The translations under genes and the position numbers were made by a program. The notes beneath the pieces were generated by a model. That model was not told the DNA's origin. It made no database searches and saw nothing but the letters and a program-made list of their open reading frames with translations. DNA of 32,000 nucleotides from Synechocystis sp. PCC 6803 substr. PCC-P (GTDB lineage Bacteria > Cyanobacteriota > Cyanobacteriia > Cyanobacteriales > Microcystaceae): contig NC_017039.1 in the NCBI RefSeq assembly GCF_000284455.1, positions 2,310,001 to 2,342,000 on the forward strand, written 5' to 3'. Each line of letters opens with the position of its first letter. The stretch's first letter is position 1. Shown piece by piece: positions 17,130-28,147 of the stretch.

Positions 17130-17945
17130 TTGAGCCGTACTTATCAAACCCTAGGCATTGTTGTGAAAGGTATGGCCTTTGGGGAATCTGATCGCCTAGT
17201 GACCATTTTCTCGCCGGAGTATGGTTTGATCCGAGCCATTGCGCCGGGGGCTAGAAAACCAAAATCTAGTCTCAGGGGTCGCACCGAACTATTTGTAGTT
17301 AACCAATTTCTGCTATTTGCGGGAAAAAGTTTGGACCGTATCAACCAAGCGGAAACCCAATATTCCTACCCTGGCCTGGGGCAAAATGTTTGTAATTTGG
17401 CGGCGGGTCAGTACTTAATCGAGCTAATCCTGGCCCTCGGGACAGAGGCCAGTGCCCAAACATCCCTGTATGAACTGTTTACCGAACATCTACGACGGTT
17501 AGAAACGGAAGCCACAGTGGAAAATATCTATGGCCATCTAGCCCAAGCATTATTCCATTGCCTCGGGGCAGAGGGCATTGCCCCCCAATTTCATCACTGT
17601 GCCATCACGGCCCAAACTATTAGTCCCAATTTTTACGATCGCCAATGGCGGGTGGGCTTTAGCCCAGAATTGGGGGGCATTGTCGATCTTCGCAGTTCTA
17701 GGGACATGGGCCCCATTCCCCAAATGCGTCGCTTAACAGCTATGGAACTAAGTTTATTGCAACAACTCAACCAACCTGCCCTACCGGACCCCCAACAGTA
17801 TCTACCAGTGATCGCCAGGAAAAATTTTCGCCTCTGGGATTGGGTAAAAGCGGAAAATCTGATGCGCTACTATGCCCAACGTCAATTGGGAAAAAGCTTC
17901 CGGGCCGCTGTTTTACTAGATAGCATGTGGGAGGTGGATTTTTAG
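17130..17945 (+). CDS. recO: DNA repair protein RecO
   Basis: 271-aa ORF with a TTG start. The N-terminal OB-fold pattern LGIVVKGMAFGESDRLVTIFSPEYGLIRAIAPGARKPKSSLRG is typical of RecO. Confidence 0.8.
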   Translation: MSRTYQTLGIVVKGMAFGESDRLVTIFSPEYGLIRAIAPGARKPKSSLRGRTELFVVNQFLLFAGKSLDRINQAETQYSYPGLGQNVCNLAAGQYLIELILALGTEASAQTSLYELFTEHLRRLETEATVENIYGHLAQALFHCLGAEGIAPQFHHCAITAQTISPNFYDRQWRVGFSPELGGIVDLRSSRDMGPIPQMRRLTAMELSLLQQLNQPALPDPQQYLPVIARKNFRLWDWVKAENLMRYYAQRQLGKSFRAAVLLDSMWEVDF

Positions 17946-17972
17946 CGTACCTTTCCTCCCCTTGAAGCCCAA

Positions 17973-18185
17973 TTAGTCAATATCAATGCTTTGGGGGCGA
18001 TTATCCTGGGCTGTTTGATTGATATCTGCCCCGGAAAAGTCCGTTACCCCTTGCTTTTGTAACCACTTTTTCAGCGGATCATCGGTCAATTTTAGCCGCA
18101 GCACACCAGACACAAACCCCCCAGCAAAGGCGATCGGCTGTTGACAAAGTTCACGGGTCACTGGCTTAAGTTCTTCAAGAAACAT
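17973..18185 (-). CDS. Small hypothetical protein (70 aa)
   Basis: ATG start and native composition. It is convergent with recO and fills the gap. I recognise no motif. Confidence 0.45.
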   Translation of the reverse strand: MFLEELKPVTRELCQQPIAFAGGFVSGVLRLKLTDDPLKKWLQKQGVTDFSGADINQTAQDNRPQSIDID

Positions 18186-18410
18186 GGGCGTTAGCTAGTA
18201 AGGTTCAATGGGCGAAAAATTTCGAGACAGTCAGTACCCGCCATTATACCCAATTAGCCTATGGCTAAGTTTGGACAAATACAGCCAAAATCCTTGACCG
18301 ATGGGGCTTTTTTCCGGTAATCCCTTGGCTTTTCCTGTTGAATATCAATTCCAAAGTGCTCCTGAAACCAGGAAAAACATCAACTAAGTCCATTCGCCAT
18401 CTTTCTTTGT

Positions 18411-18568
18411 GACGTTGGGTTGTTGAAGGTACTTTTGCTTGGCTTGGTCGCTATCGTCGTTTGAGTAAGGATCACGAATATTTACCTACGACCAGTGAGA
18501 CGATGATCTATGTTTCCATGTTCAATCCCATGCTCCGAAGGCTTGCCTAAAACTTTTCAAATGCCTTC
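18411..18568 (+). mobile_element. Solo 3'-end remnant of an IS5-family (ISY523-like) element, inverted relative to the full copy
   Basis: Hand alignment to the reverse complement of 16006..16163 gives roughly 85% identity. The remnant encodes [45 protein letters not shown] and ends in the inverted-repeat-like sequence ACTTTTCAAATGCCTTC (18552..18568). Confidence 0.75.
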
Positions 18569-18613
18569 TCAATGGTTATGGCCGCCTCCCAAACCTGGGG
18601 TCATCCAAACGCA

Positions 18614-19288
18614 TCAGGCAAAGGCTGGCATAATCAGGGCAAAAACTAATCCGGCTAACACTAACCAGCGGAGCCATTGCAAACTTTTGGACGATAGTTT
18701 CCAACGAAAATCCCGGAGCCATTGTTGGGGATTATCTTTAGCTCTGCGGCCCCAACTCACCATTGATCGCCAGAGGGCAATGCCACCAACTTTGGCACTG
18801 AATAGTAAATGAAATGCTAAACAAAGGACGACGATCAACCAGCCCAGGAGATGGAAAAAATAGGGCAGATGGTTGAGTTCTCCTTGGGGTAACCAACTTT
18901 CCTGCATCATGCGCCCGCTCACCACCGCCACAGTTAAGGCCACCAGCATGAGGGTATTAACCAATTTCTGCCACGCCACCCAAAAGGCCGGAGTGCCCGG
19001 TTGCTGTAACTGCTCCCAATTTTGATCAGACCATAAACGGCGATCGCCAAGGTGAAAGCAGTAGAGGGTAAAGGGAAACATGAGCAAAAACAGTGCCAAA
19101 GCCCCTGTGCCATGGAGATCCTGGGTGTAGTAGGGTTTCGGCAACGGTAAAGATCCCCAGCGGCCGTCGTAGGTGTTGTAAACCCAAAAGCCACTGGCGA
19201 TCGCCAACAAAGTTAACAAAGCCATGGCCCCATGGAGGAGCCGCAACACCAGGGATTGATAGGGACTAGTGGGACTGGTGGAGGACAT
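18614..19288 (-). CDS. Integral membrane protein, probably of the cytochrome b561 / Ni-hydrogenase b-type cytochrome family
   Basis: 224 aa with at least 4 TM helices. His residues are conserved in the helices: RLLHGAMALLTLLAIASGF, DLHGTGALALF, FFHLLGWLIVVLCLAFHLL. Confidence 0.55.
   Translation of the reverse strand: MSSTSPTSPYQSLVLRLLHGAMALLTLLAIASGFWVYNTYDGRWGSLPLPKPYYTQDLHGTGALALFLLMFPFTLYCFHLGDRRLWSDQNWEQLQQPGTPAFWVAWQKLVNTLMLVALTVAVVSGRMMQESWLPQGELNHLPYFFHLLGWLIVVLCLAFHLLFSAKVGGIALWRSMVSWGRRAKDNPQQWLRDFRWKLSSKSLQWLRWLVLAGLVFALIMPAFA
19040..19047. repeat. HIP1 octamer GCGATCGC, the first perfect copy after the HIP1-free stretch
   Basis: Exact palindrome. I found no perfect copy between 13580 and 19039 when scanning row by row. 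Confidence 0.85.
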
Positions 19289-19330
19289 AATAAAAGTCGG
19301 AGATGAGAAAATTATCGCTAACTCAGTTAT

Positions 19331-21643
19331 CTAAGCTATGTTGCTAGCCTCTTCCGCTGGCACAGTATTTTCCTCAGCATTTTGGCTTAGTTTTAATACC
19401 AACACCGATAGGGGCGGTAAACATAAATCCAACGAGTAGGGTTGTTCATGGAAAGACCATTCTTCTGTCCATTTTCCACCTAAATTGCCCATGTTACTGC
19501 CGCCGTACTGTCGGGCATCACTGTTGAATAATTCAGTGTAGAAACCAGGTACCGGAACACCCACTCTGTAATGGCTATGGGGTTGGGGCGTAAAATTACA
19601 AATGGTAACCACAAATTCTGCGCTATTTTTGGCCCGACGAATGAAGGAAACTACACTGTGGCGATTATCACTGCAATCAATCCATTGAAAACCCGATTCA
19701 TCAAAATCATTGCTGTATAAAGCCGGCTCATTTTTATACAAATGGTTCAACTCAGTGAAGAATTGTTTTAGTTGTTGATGGGGTGGAAAATTGAGCAAAT
19801 GCCATTCCAAATCACCCCACACATTCCACTCACTCCACTGGCCAAATTCCATGCTCATAAACATGGTTTTCTTGCCGGGATGGGTGAACATGTAGGTGAA
19901 TAAAGCCCTGACGTTGGCATACTTTTGCCATTCATCCCCAGGCATTTTGCCCAACATATTGCTTTTGCCGTGCACTACTTCGTCGTGGGACAGGGCCAAC
20001 ATATAATTTTCGCTGTGGTTGTACCACATACTGAACGTAATGCTGTTTTGATGGAACTGGCGGAACCAGGGGTCCATGCTGAAATAGTCCAACATGTCGT
20101 GCATCCAACCCATATTCCATTTCAGATTAAAGCCCAAGCCGCCAACGTAGGTGGGCCAGGACACCATGGGCCAGGAGGTGGATTCCTCCGCAATGGATAA
20201 AATACCGGGGAAGTAGCTGTAAACAACGCTGTTTACCTGGCGCAAAAAGTCTGCCGCTTCCAAGTTTTCCCGGCCGCCGTACTCATTGGCCACCCATTCC
20301 CCTTCTTCTCGGCAATAGTCTAGGTAGAGCATGGAGGCCACCGCATCCACCCGCATGCCGTCAATGTGATATTTGTCGAACCAGAATAGGGCATTGGCCA
20401 CCAGGAAGTTCCGCACTTCGTTCCGGCCGTAGTTGAAAATGAGAGTGCCCCATTCCTTATGTTCACCTTTGCGGGGATCACCATGTTCGTACAAATGGGT
20501 TCCGTCAAAAAAGGCTAGGCCATGGCCGTCCTTAGGAAAATGCCCCGGCACCCAGTCAATGATCACACCAATGCCGTTGAGGTGACATTGATCGACAAAA
20601 TACATAAAGTCTTCGGGACTGCCAAAGCGGGAAGTGGGGGCGTAATAACCAGTCACTTGATAACCCCAGGAGCCATCAAAGGGATGTTCGGCGATCGGTA
20701 GTAACTCAATGTGGGTGTAACCCAATTCCTTCACGTAGGGAATTAGTTTATCCACCAACTCGTAATAGGTTAAAAATCTGGCCCCGGTATTCCATTCGGA
20801 CACTTCTACCGGCACCCCTTCCCCGTGCAAAGTTTTCACCGGTTCGTCGTAGGCAGTGTGCAACCAGGAGCCTAAATGGAGTTCGTAAACGGAAACGGGT
20901 TTGCTCAGGGGATCGCTGGTGCGCCTAGCTTCCAACCAATCTTCGTCGTGCCATTGGTAACCGTCCAAGTCTGCCACAATGGAAGCGGTTTTGGGGCGTA
21001 CTTCTTGGTAAAAACCGTAGGGGTCAGTCTTTTCGTAGATGTGCCCTTCCCAGTTTTTAATCTCATACTTATAAGAAGTGCCCACCCCCAACTCAGGGAT
21101 AAATAATTCCCACACCATGTTGTTGCGTTTCCGCATTTGGTGCAATCTGCCGTCCCAGTTGTTGAAATCCCCCAAAATGGAAACGTTGCGGGCATTGGGG
21201 GCCCACACAGCAAAATAAACCCCTTTAACTCCATCCACCGTCATCAGGTGAGCACCGAGTTTTTCGTAAATACGGTGGTGGTTGCCTTCCCCAAACACAT
21301 GGAGGTCAAAATCCGTCAGTTTGGGAGTTTTAAAACCATAGGGGTCATAAATTACCCTTTCGTGGCCATTTTCGGTAATTCTTAATTGATAATTCTTCGG
21401 TTCTTCCAACTCCAACACGCATTCAAAAAAGTTGGGATGGTGGACCGTGGTCATAATCACTTCCCGGCGATCGGTGGGAAGCAACACCGTTACCGCTTCA
21501 GCCGTGGGTAAATAGGCACGAATGACCCATTGATTGACCTTGCCGTGGTCCCCGAGGGGATGGCAGCCCAACACTTCAAAGGGATCGTGGTGAAGATTAT
21601 GGACAATCTGATGGACTTGGTCAGCGTTGATGGTGTAGGTCAT
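19331..21643 (-). CDS. glgB: 1,4-alpha-glucan branching enzyme
   Basis: GH13 motifs are present: [38 protein letters not shown] prefer the ATG at 21643 ([10 protein letters not shown]..., 770 aa) over the track's TTG at 21673. Confidence 0.95.
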
Positions 21644-21867
21644 TCGGCTATGGTGATTTTTTGACGTTGGCAATACTGCAAGGGGTTTGCCCGCCCAAAG
21701 CTAGGGGAAGACAACTTGCTTCGCTGGTAATCTTCCTACTCCTGGCTATGACTGCGGAGAAAGGATTTTGATTCAAGTTAAACCTACTTTATACACTTTT
21801 TTGCAGTTTTCCCTGGCTCACTGTATTTATCAAGCATCACACCGCACAGTGATTTGAACATTCCAAC

Positions 21868-22638
21868 CTAGCCAACGGTGGATTGGGGCACATTGAGGGG
21901 CACTCCCACCTGGGGTTCCCATAGGGAAGCTTGTATCCCTTCGTCAATTAGGGACTGGCGAAATTGACTGAGATCGCCGTCTAAACGTAAAACTTTAGTT
22001 AGTAAACCGCTATAGTTCAATTCTGCGGCTCCAGAGGTGGGGACGATCGCCTGGGGATGGACAGTGCGACAAAGCTCCAGGGTGGTTTTCTGGCCATTGA
22101 GCACCGGCAGGAATCCGAGGATATTGATGCCAATGACGGGGGTTAAAACCACATCAATGGGCCCCAAGTCTTGCAGTTGGGGAGAGTGGAAACCGTGGGG
22201 TTCGTAATAGAGTTTGGTGCTGGTTTGTAGATCCGTTAACACATAGGCATTTTCCACCAGGGTGGGGCCAATGGGGGAACCGGGTAGAGCAAGGATTTCC
22301 ACCCGGTCGTTAAGCACAAATTTTTGGTTATGGGGTAGACCTGTTACTGTTTCATAGCCCAACTCGGTGGCAACTTCAGCGGCTTTGGGGGAACCAAGAA
22401 CAGGCCAACTTTTGTCCAATTCTTTCAATGTGGGGGGATGGGCATGGTCTTCCAAACCCTGGGAAAGCAAAATTAGGTCAATGTTTTCCGGAATTGCCAA
22501 GGGCTGGGAGCGAAAACCCCGAAATAACCAGGGCGTATTGCCAAAGGTTAGGTCCCCCACCAACCAAGGATCAAGCAAAATTCTCTGTCCGCCCATCTCA
22601 ATTAGCCAAGAGTTGCTGTCGTACCAGGTGAGTTCCAT
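21868..22638 (-). CDS. MBL-fold (metallo-beta-lactamase-like) protein with a degenerate metal motif
   Basis: LTWYDSNSWLIEMGGQRILLDPW plus LLSQGLEDHAHPPT resembles the short cyanobacterial MBL-fold family. The ATG at 22638 is preferred over the TTG at 22644. Confidence 0.6.
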   Translation of the reverse strand: MELTWYDSNSWLIEMGGQRILLDPWLVGDLTFGNTPWLFRGFRSQPLAIPENIDLILLSQGLEDHAHPPTLKELDKSWPVLGSPKAAEVATELGYETVTGLPHNQKFVLNDRVEILALPGSPIGPTLVENAYVLTDLQTSTKLYYEPHGFHSPQLQDLGPIDVVLTPVIGINILGFLPVLNGQKTTLELCRTVHPQAIVPTSGAAELNYSGLLTKVLRLDGDLSQFRQSLIDEGIQASLWEPQVGVPLNVPQSTVG

Positions 22639-22702
22639 AACCAATTTCTTCCCTGCTGATCGTTCCTCCCTATTGTAAACGATTGTAAAGAGGGGCTAGG
22701 TT

Positions 22703-23329
22703 TCAGAATAAAAGAACGGAGGAATTATTTGCTGGGCAAGTTGCTGGGTTGGCGATCGCCGTTGGGGGCCAAGCCTGAAAGCGCCAATGGAAAAAGGGCG
22801 GAAAAAAGGGGGAGAATTGCCAATTCATTGACCAAACGGTGGGGGGCATATCCCCCGCTAGACAATGGAAAACTAATCTATCCCACAGTAAGGTTTCCGC
22901 CACCAACCGACTCCCCCAATGGGTAATTTGGGCCCATTGCCGCTGGGGACAGTTAACTAAGCACAGACTGTTGCCCACATAGTTGTCGCTAGAAGCCATT
23001 AACAATAGACTTTCCCCCATTTCAAAACAATTAAATTGTCCTGGTTGCCAAGCCAACAGAGGGGTTTTATCGCCCGGAGCTAGATATTCCGTTACCCCAA
23101 CCCCTTGAACGTTAAAGCTAGGAATGGGATTGGTTAACTCGGGGCCTTGTTTGACTGAGCCTTGGAATGTGCCCCGCAGTTGGCTACCGTCATTGAAGGT
23201 GTAGATCCATTGCCACGGCTGGGGAGATGGGGCGCTTTCCGTTGGGCGGCTCAAGTTAACGTTAATGGCGATCGCCAAGGGGGAAATGGAGAAACCTGCC
23301 CGATAATTTGCCCTGCCCATGATCTTCAC
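22703..23329 (-). CDS. Hypothetical protein (208 aa from GTG; 205 aa from the ATG at 23320)
   Basis: Long ORF of native composition containing HIP1 sites. It is Trp/Pro-rich. I recognise no motif. Confidence 0.5.
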   Translation of the reverse strand: MKIMGRANYRAGFSISPLAIAINVNLSRPTESAPSPQPWQWIYTFNDGSQLRGTFQGSVKQGPELTNPIPSFNVQGVGVTEYLAPGDKTPLLAWQPGQFNCFEMGESLLLMASSDNYVGNSLCLVNCPQRQWAQITHWGSRLVAETLLWDRLVFHCLAGDMPPTVWSMNWQFSPFFPPFFHWRFQAWPPTAIANPATCPANNSSVLLF

Positions 23330-23531
23330 CTTCCCCTACACCTAGGGATGATTACTCAGTGCGGTTATCTCCAGCTTATCGGTATTGCGCCTCTCTTGGG
23401 TGCCATACACTGAAGAGTCCGTCTTTTACCCAGTTACTAAACCCTTGTTGGAAGCTTTTAGCAGCGATAATTTTCTCTAAATGGTCTGAACTAAACTGGA
23501 ATTATTCGCCGCTTTAATTTCTCCTAATGTC

Positions 23532-24152
23532 ATGCCTAGAATTTCAATTATTCGGCCTGAGCAAAGTTACACTTTTTCTGATTACTTCAAACTTAACTTT
23601 GCACCCCAAGACATTCTGAGGCATTTTGGTGTCACTCTCCAACGTCAATCCCTCGATCTTCCCCAGTATTTAGGGCCCCTTAACCGTCTGGGTGACCTCA
23701 AGACTCGCCTGGAAGAAAGCTTACCCCGCCTCAGCCTCACCAGCGAAATGGCAAGGAGAGAATTTCTCATTGCTCCAGTGTTGACCGATGTTCTGCACTA
23801 TACCCACGCAAACCTGGACGTTGAGTATCCCATTGTGGTTAGTAATCAACTAAAAGGTTCACTGGATTATCTACTACAAAATGATCAAACTTTCTTGGTA
23901 GTTGAGGCAAAAAATGAGGATTTGGAACGGGGTTTTGTTCAGCTTGCCATTGAATTGATCGCCCTTGACCAATGGATAGAGTCAGACCAGTCCGTCCTAC
24001 AGGGGGCAATTTCCACGGGTAATATTTGGCAATTTGGCCAACTAGACCGGCAATCCCGTTGCGTAACCCAAGACCTTGACCTTTACCGCGTCCCAGCGGA
24101 TCTTGAACATCTCCTAAGAGTTCTGGTGCAAATCTTACGACCAGTAAGCTAG
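23532..24152 (+). CDS. Stand-alone PD-(D/E)xK nuclease-fold protein, resembling the N-terminal domain of type I restriction R subunits (HsdR_N-like)
   Basis: 206 aa. The motif is D112 (LDYLL, 23865..23867) followed by E125-A-K127 (VVEAK, 23904..23912), preceded by SEMARREFLIAPVLTDVL. This spacing is typical of the fold. Confidence 0.6.
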   Translation: MPRISIIRPEQSYTFSDYFKLNFAPQDILRHFGVTLQRQSLDLPQYLGPLNRLGDLKTRLEESLPRLSLTSEMARREFLIAPVLTDVLHYTHANLDVEYPIVVSNQLKGSLDYLLQNDQTFLVVEAKNEDLERGFVQLAIELIALDQWIESDQSVLQGAISTGNIWQFGQLDRQSRCVTQDLDLYRVPADLEHLLRVLVQILRPVS

Positions 24153-24252
24153 GCTCAAACATTCCCATGGCGGACTATTTTTGTGTTCAGTTTTTCCTGG
24201 GGCCTTACAATCAAGGGCTGATCCTTCGTTACAAAACCACCAAAATTCTTTT

Positions 24253-24849
24253 ATGACCGATTTGACCCTGGCCGCTCTCAAAACTGCCCCCCTAGCACAA
24301 GTACGCCAATATTTACTCCATCTGTTGGCCACTCATGCCTACAAGGAAGGAGATTTTATTCTTTCCTCCGGTCAACCCAGCACTTACTACATCAACGGTA
24401 AATTGGTCACCCTGCGGGCGGAAGGGGCCTTGGCGATCGGGCGATTGCTGTTGACAGAGTTGCCAGACCAAGTGGAAGCGGTGGCCGGGTTAACCCTAGG
24501 GGCAGATCCCATTGTCAGCGCTGTTAGTACGGTGTCTGCCTACGAAGAAAAACCTGTGGTCGCATTAATCATTCGTAAAGAAGCCAAGGGCCATGGCACC
24601 AAAGCCTACATTGAAGGGCCAGAGTTAGCTCCGGGAACAAAAGTGGTGGTGTTGGAAGATGTGGTCACCACCGGAAAATCCGCCATGCTAGCGGTGGAAA
24701 GGTTGCGGAATGCGGGCTACCAAGTTGACACAGTTATTTCCTTAGTCGATCGCCAACAGGGAGGCCGGGAATTTTACCAAAGCCAGGGTTTGACGTTCCA
24801 AGCGCTATTCACCATCGGTGATATTCAACAGGTTTACCGGCAGAAGTAG
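24253..24849 (+). CDS. pyrE: Orotate phosphoribosyltransferase
   Basis: PRPP-binding loop VVVLEDVVTTGKSA. I prefer the start at ATG 24253 (MTDLTLAALK..., 198 aa) over the track's upstream extension from 24181. Confidence 0.9.
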   Translation: MTDLTLAALKTAPLAQVRQYLLHLLATHAYKEGDFILSSGQPSTYYINGKLVTLRAEGALAIGRLLLTELPDQVEAVAGLTLGADPIVSAVSTVSAYEEKPVVALIIRKEAKGHGTKAYIEGPELAPGTKVVVLEDVVTTGKSAMLAVERLRNAGYQVDTVISLVDRQQGGREFYQSQGLTFQALFTIGDIQQVYRQK

Positions 24850-24887
24850 AATTTTTGGAGCTTGTGCTTAGAATCCCAATCCCCAAC

Positions 24888-26276
24888 TTACTGACCGCCA
24901 TACCAGCGCATTAATACCCGGGCTAAGCGTTGGGGGTCATGGCGTACCTGATGGCTTTTTTCATCCTCCTGCATCACATTGGCTAGCACAATGCGGCAAC
25001 CCTTTTCGATCACTGCTTGCCGGTCCAGGTAAACGGGATGGGAATTTTCGGCGGCATATTTTTTCAACACCGGGGCAGAAGGGGGATTTCTCTGCACCAG
25101 CACAGCATCGTAGAGCCTTGCCGAAGAGACTTGATCGATCGCCGTTAAATGGTCTGAGACAGTGTAATTATCCGTTTCCCCTGGTTGGGTCATCACATTG
25201 CAGATATAAATGCGGGGCACCTTGGCCTTGGCGATCGCCGTTTGAATTTCGGGAATGAGCAAATTAGGCAAAATGCTGGTGTATAAACTGCCCGGGCCAA
25301 TGATGATATAGTCGGCCGCTTTAATGGCCTTGAGCACCGCTGGCAAAGCCTTAGGGGATTCTGGTAAACAACCGATGCGCCGAATGCGTCCTTGGGCTTC
25401 AGGGATATTGGATTCCCCCTCCACATAGCGCCCGTCCTCCATTTCTGCCCACAATTTGACATCGTCCAGGGTGGCTGGCAACACCTTCCCCCGCACCGCT
25501 AAAACCTTCGAGCAGGCGATCGCCGCCATTTCCAAATCTCCGGTAATTTCCGCCATGGCAGTGAGGAACAAATTACCAAAACTGTGGCCCGACAGCCCAT
25601 CCCCAGCTTTAAAACGGTATTGAAACAACTCTGTTAATAACTTTTCTTCGTCCGCCAGGGCCCCAATGCAATTGCGAATATCCCCTGGGGGCAACATACC
25701 CATTTCCCGTCGTAAACGCCCGGAGGAACCACCGTCATCGGCCACGGTAACAATGGCAGTAATGTTAGCGCTGTAATGTTTCAAGCCCCGTAAAAGAGTC
25801 GATAAGCCCGTACCTCCCCCCACTACGACAATTTTAGCCCCCTTATTAAGGCGACGGTGGGCCAGTAGCACGTCCACCAACTCCTGGTCGTTATCCGGTT
25901 GCAACACCTCGGAAATAGAACCAACGGTGCGACTTTGACCCCAAAAGACAAAAAATAGTCCCAAGGCCAAAATCAGGGGCCCAGAAACATAGTTGGGCAA
26001 AAGATTGGTCAAAAACCCCAGGGTATCGGAAACAAATTCCGTAATGCGAAAAATGGGGGTCAACTTAACCCAAATGGCCAAGCCCAAAAACATTAAAGTC
26101 AAACCAACGGCGCTGATCACCATCCAACGTTTGACAAACAGTCCCGGAGCCATCCATTTGAACCAGCGGTTAACCCTGGGGGAGGTGTGCTGGGAAACCC
26201 GATCGCCAAACTTCCGTTGTTCGGTTTTCAACTTGCGCATGGCGGACTTAGCGGACTTAAAGCGGCTATGGCTCAT
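24888..26276 (-). CDS. YvcK / CofD-like (UPF0052, gluconeogenesis-factor family) protein with an N-terminal membrane anchor
   Basis: [40 protein letters not shown] and [17 protein letters not shown] are hallmark YvcK/CofD motifs. Two TM helices precede the domain. Confidence 0.85.
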
Positions 26277-26461
26277 GGGCTAGGGAAGCAGAGGGGGAGA
26301 AGAAAGGGCAATGGGACGATAAAGCAAATTACTCCTTAACGCATTAAGGGGAAACCAATCGCTACCGATTTTACCTCTTCAAAGTATGCCAACGTCTAAA
26401 TAGACAAGATACAATCAGAATCTATCTGTGTCTTTTTCACCCTTGAAAAGGTGCGTTTATT

Positions 26462-28063
26462 ATGAATAGTCCTGTTGATCGTATTTTGATTTTCGACACC
26501 ACGCTTCGCGATGGGGAACAGTCCCCCGGAGCCACCCTGACCGTGGAAGAAAAACTATCGATCGCCAGGGCTCTAGCCCGTTTAGGGGTGGATATTATCG
26601 AAGCGGGTTTTCCCTTTGCTAGCCCCGGGGATTTTGAGGCGGTGCAGAAAATCGCCCAAACGGTGGGTACGGAAAATGGGCCAGTAATTTGCGGCTTAGC
26701 TCGGGCCACCCAAAAAGATATCAAAGCAGCGGCGGAAGCGTTAAAACCAGCGGCTAAACACCGTATTCACACCTTCTTAGCTACGTCGGACATTCACCTG
26801 GAGCATAAGTTAAAGAAAACCAGGGCGGAGGTGTTGGCGATCGTGCCGGAAATGGTGGCCTATGCCAAATCCTTAGTGAATGACATTGAGTTTTCCCCGG
26901 AGGATGCCGGGCGCAGTGATCCCGAATTTCTTTACCAAGTGTTAGAAGCGGCGATCTCCGCCGGAGCCACCACGATCAACATTCCCGATACGGTGGGTTA
27001 CACAACCCCGGCAGAATATGGGGCTTTAATCAAAGGTATTGCCGATAACGTGCCTAACATTGACCAGGCGATTATTTCCGTCCATGGCCACAACGATTTG
27101 GGCTTAGCGGTGGCCAATTTTCTGGAAGCGGTGAAAAATGGGGCTCGACAACTGGAATGTACCATCAATGGCATTGGCGAACGGGCTGGTAATGCGGCCT
27201 TGGAAGAATTGGTCATGGCTTTACATGTGCGCCGCAGTTACTTCAATCCCTTTTTAGGTCGCCCCGCCGATTCCACCGCACCTCTGACCAACATTGATAC
27301 CAAACATATTTACGCCACTTCCCGCTTGGTGTCGGAGTTAACGGGGATGATGGTGCAACCCAATAAGGCCATTGTTGGCGCTAATGCCTTTGCCCATGAA
27401 TCCGGCATTCACCAGGATGGGGTGCTAAAAAATAAGCTCACCTACGAAATCATGGATGCGGAATCCATCGGTTTAACCAATAACCAGATTGTGTTGGGTA
27501 AACTCTCCGGCCGCAATGCCTTTGGTACTCGCTTAAAGGAATTGGGTTTTGACCTGAGCGATACGGAATTAAATAACGCCTTTATTCGCTTTAAGGAAGT
27601 GGCGGATAAGCGTAAAGAAATTACCGATTGGGATTTAGAGGCAATCGTTAACGATGAAATTCGCCAACCCCCCGAACTCTTCCGTTTGGAACGGGTACAG
27701 GTTTCCTGTGGTGAGCCTTCGGTGCCCACCGCTACCCTAACCATTCGTACCCCGGCTGGCCCAGAAGAAACCGCTGTGGCGATCGGTACGGGCCCGGTGG
27801 ATGCAGTGTATAAAGCTATTAATCAGATTGTGCAATTGCCCAATGAGCTGCTGGAATATTCCGTCACCTCCGTCACCGAAGGCATTGATGCGTTGGGTAA
27901 AGTGAGTGTGCGTCTGCGCCATAACGGGGTGATCTACACCGGCTATGCGGCCAACACGGATATCATTGTCGCCTCGGCCCGGGCCTATCTGGGGGCATTA
28001 AACCGTCTTTATGCTGCCCTGGAGAAATCCCGGGAGCATCCCCCCGTCGTCGCTTCCCTTTAA
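26462..28063 (+). CDS. leuA: 2-isopropylmalate synthase
   Basis: [14 protein letters not shown] and [12 protein letters not shown], together with a C-terminal LeuA dimerisation/regulatory domain. 533 aa. Confidence 0.95.
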   Translation: MNSPVDRILIFDTTLRDGEQSPGATLTVEEKLSIARALARLGVDIIEAGFPFASPGDFEAVQKIAQTVGTENGPVICGLARATQKDIKAAAEALKPAAKHRIHTFLATSDIHLEHKLKKTRAEVLAIVPEMVAYAKSLVNDIEFSPEDAGRSDPEFLYQVLEAAISAGATTINIPDTVGYTTPAEYGALIKGIADNVPNIDQAIISVHGHNDLGLAVANFLEAVKNGARQLECTINGIGERAGNAALEELVMALHVRRSYFNPFLGRPADSTAPLTNIDTKHIYATSRLVSELTGMMVQPNKAIVGANAFAHESGIHQDGVLKNKLTYEIMDAESIGLTNNQIVLGKLSGRNAFGTRLKELGFDLSDTELNNAFIRFKEVADKRKEITDWDLEAIVNDEIRQPPELFRLERVQVSCGEPSVPTATLTIRTPAGPEETAVAIGTGPVDAVYKAINQIVQLPNELLEYSVTSVTEGIDALGKVSVRLRHNGVIYTGYAANTDIIVASARAYLGALNRLYAALEKSREHPPVVASL

Positions 28064-28147
28064 TGGCCCGGTGACAGTTACGCCAGGCTAAGTCGGATTA
28101 ATTGGTAGCAAACATCACAATTTGTTGCTAAACCCCCTCCCATCCCC

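Noticed and set aside
18510-18812. 100-aa plus-strand ORF
   Set aside because: It starts inside the IS5 remnant and runs antisense through the 3' end of the cytochrome-b-like gene. The peptide is low-complexity.
21644-21673. TTG-initiated 10-codon extension of glgB, and likewise the 24-codon extension of pyrE (24181..24252)
   Set aside because: Downstream ATG codons give N-termini that fit the conserved family starts. The extensions have no conserved character.
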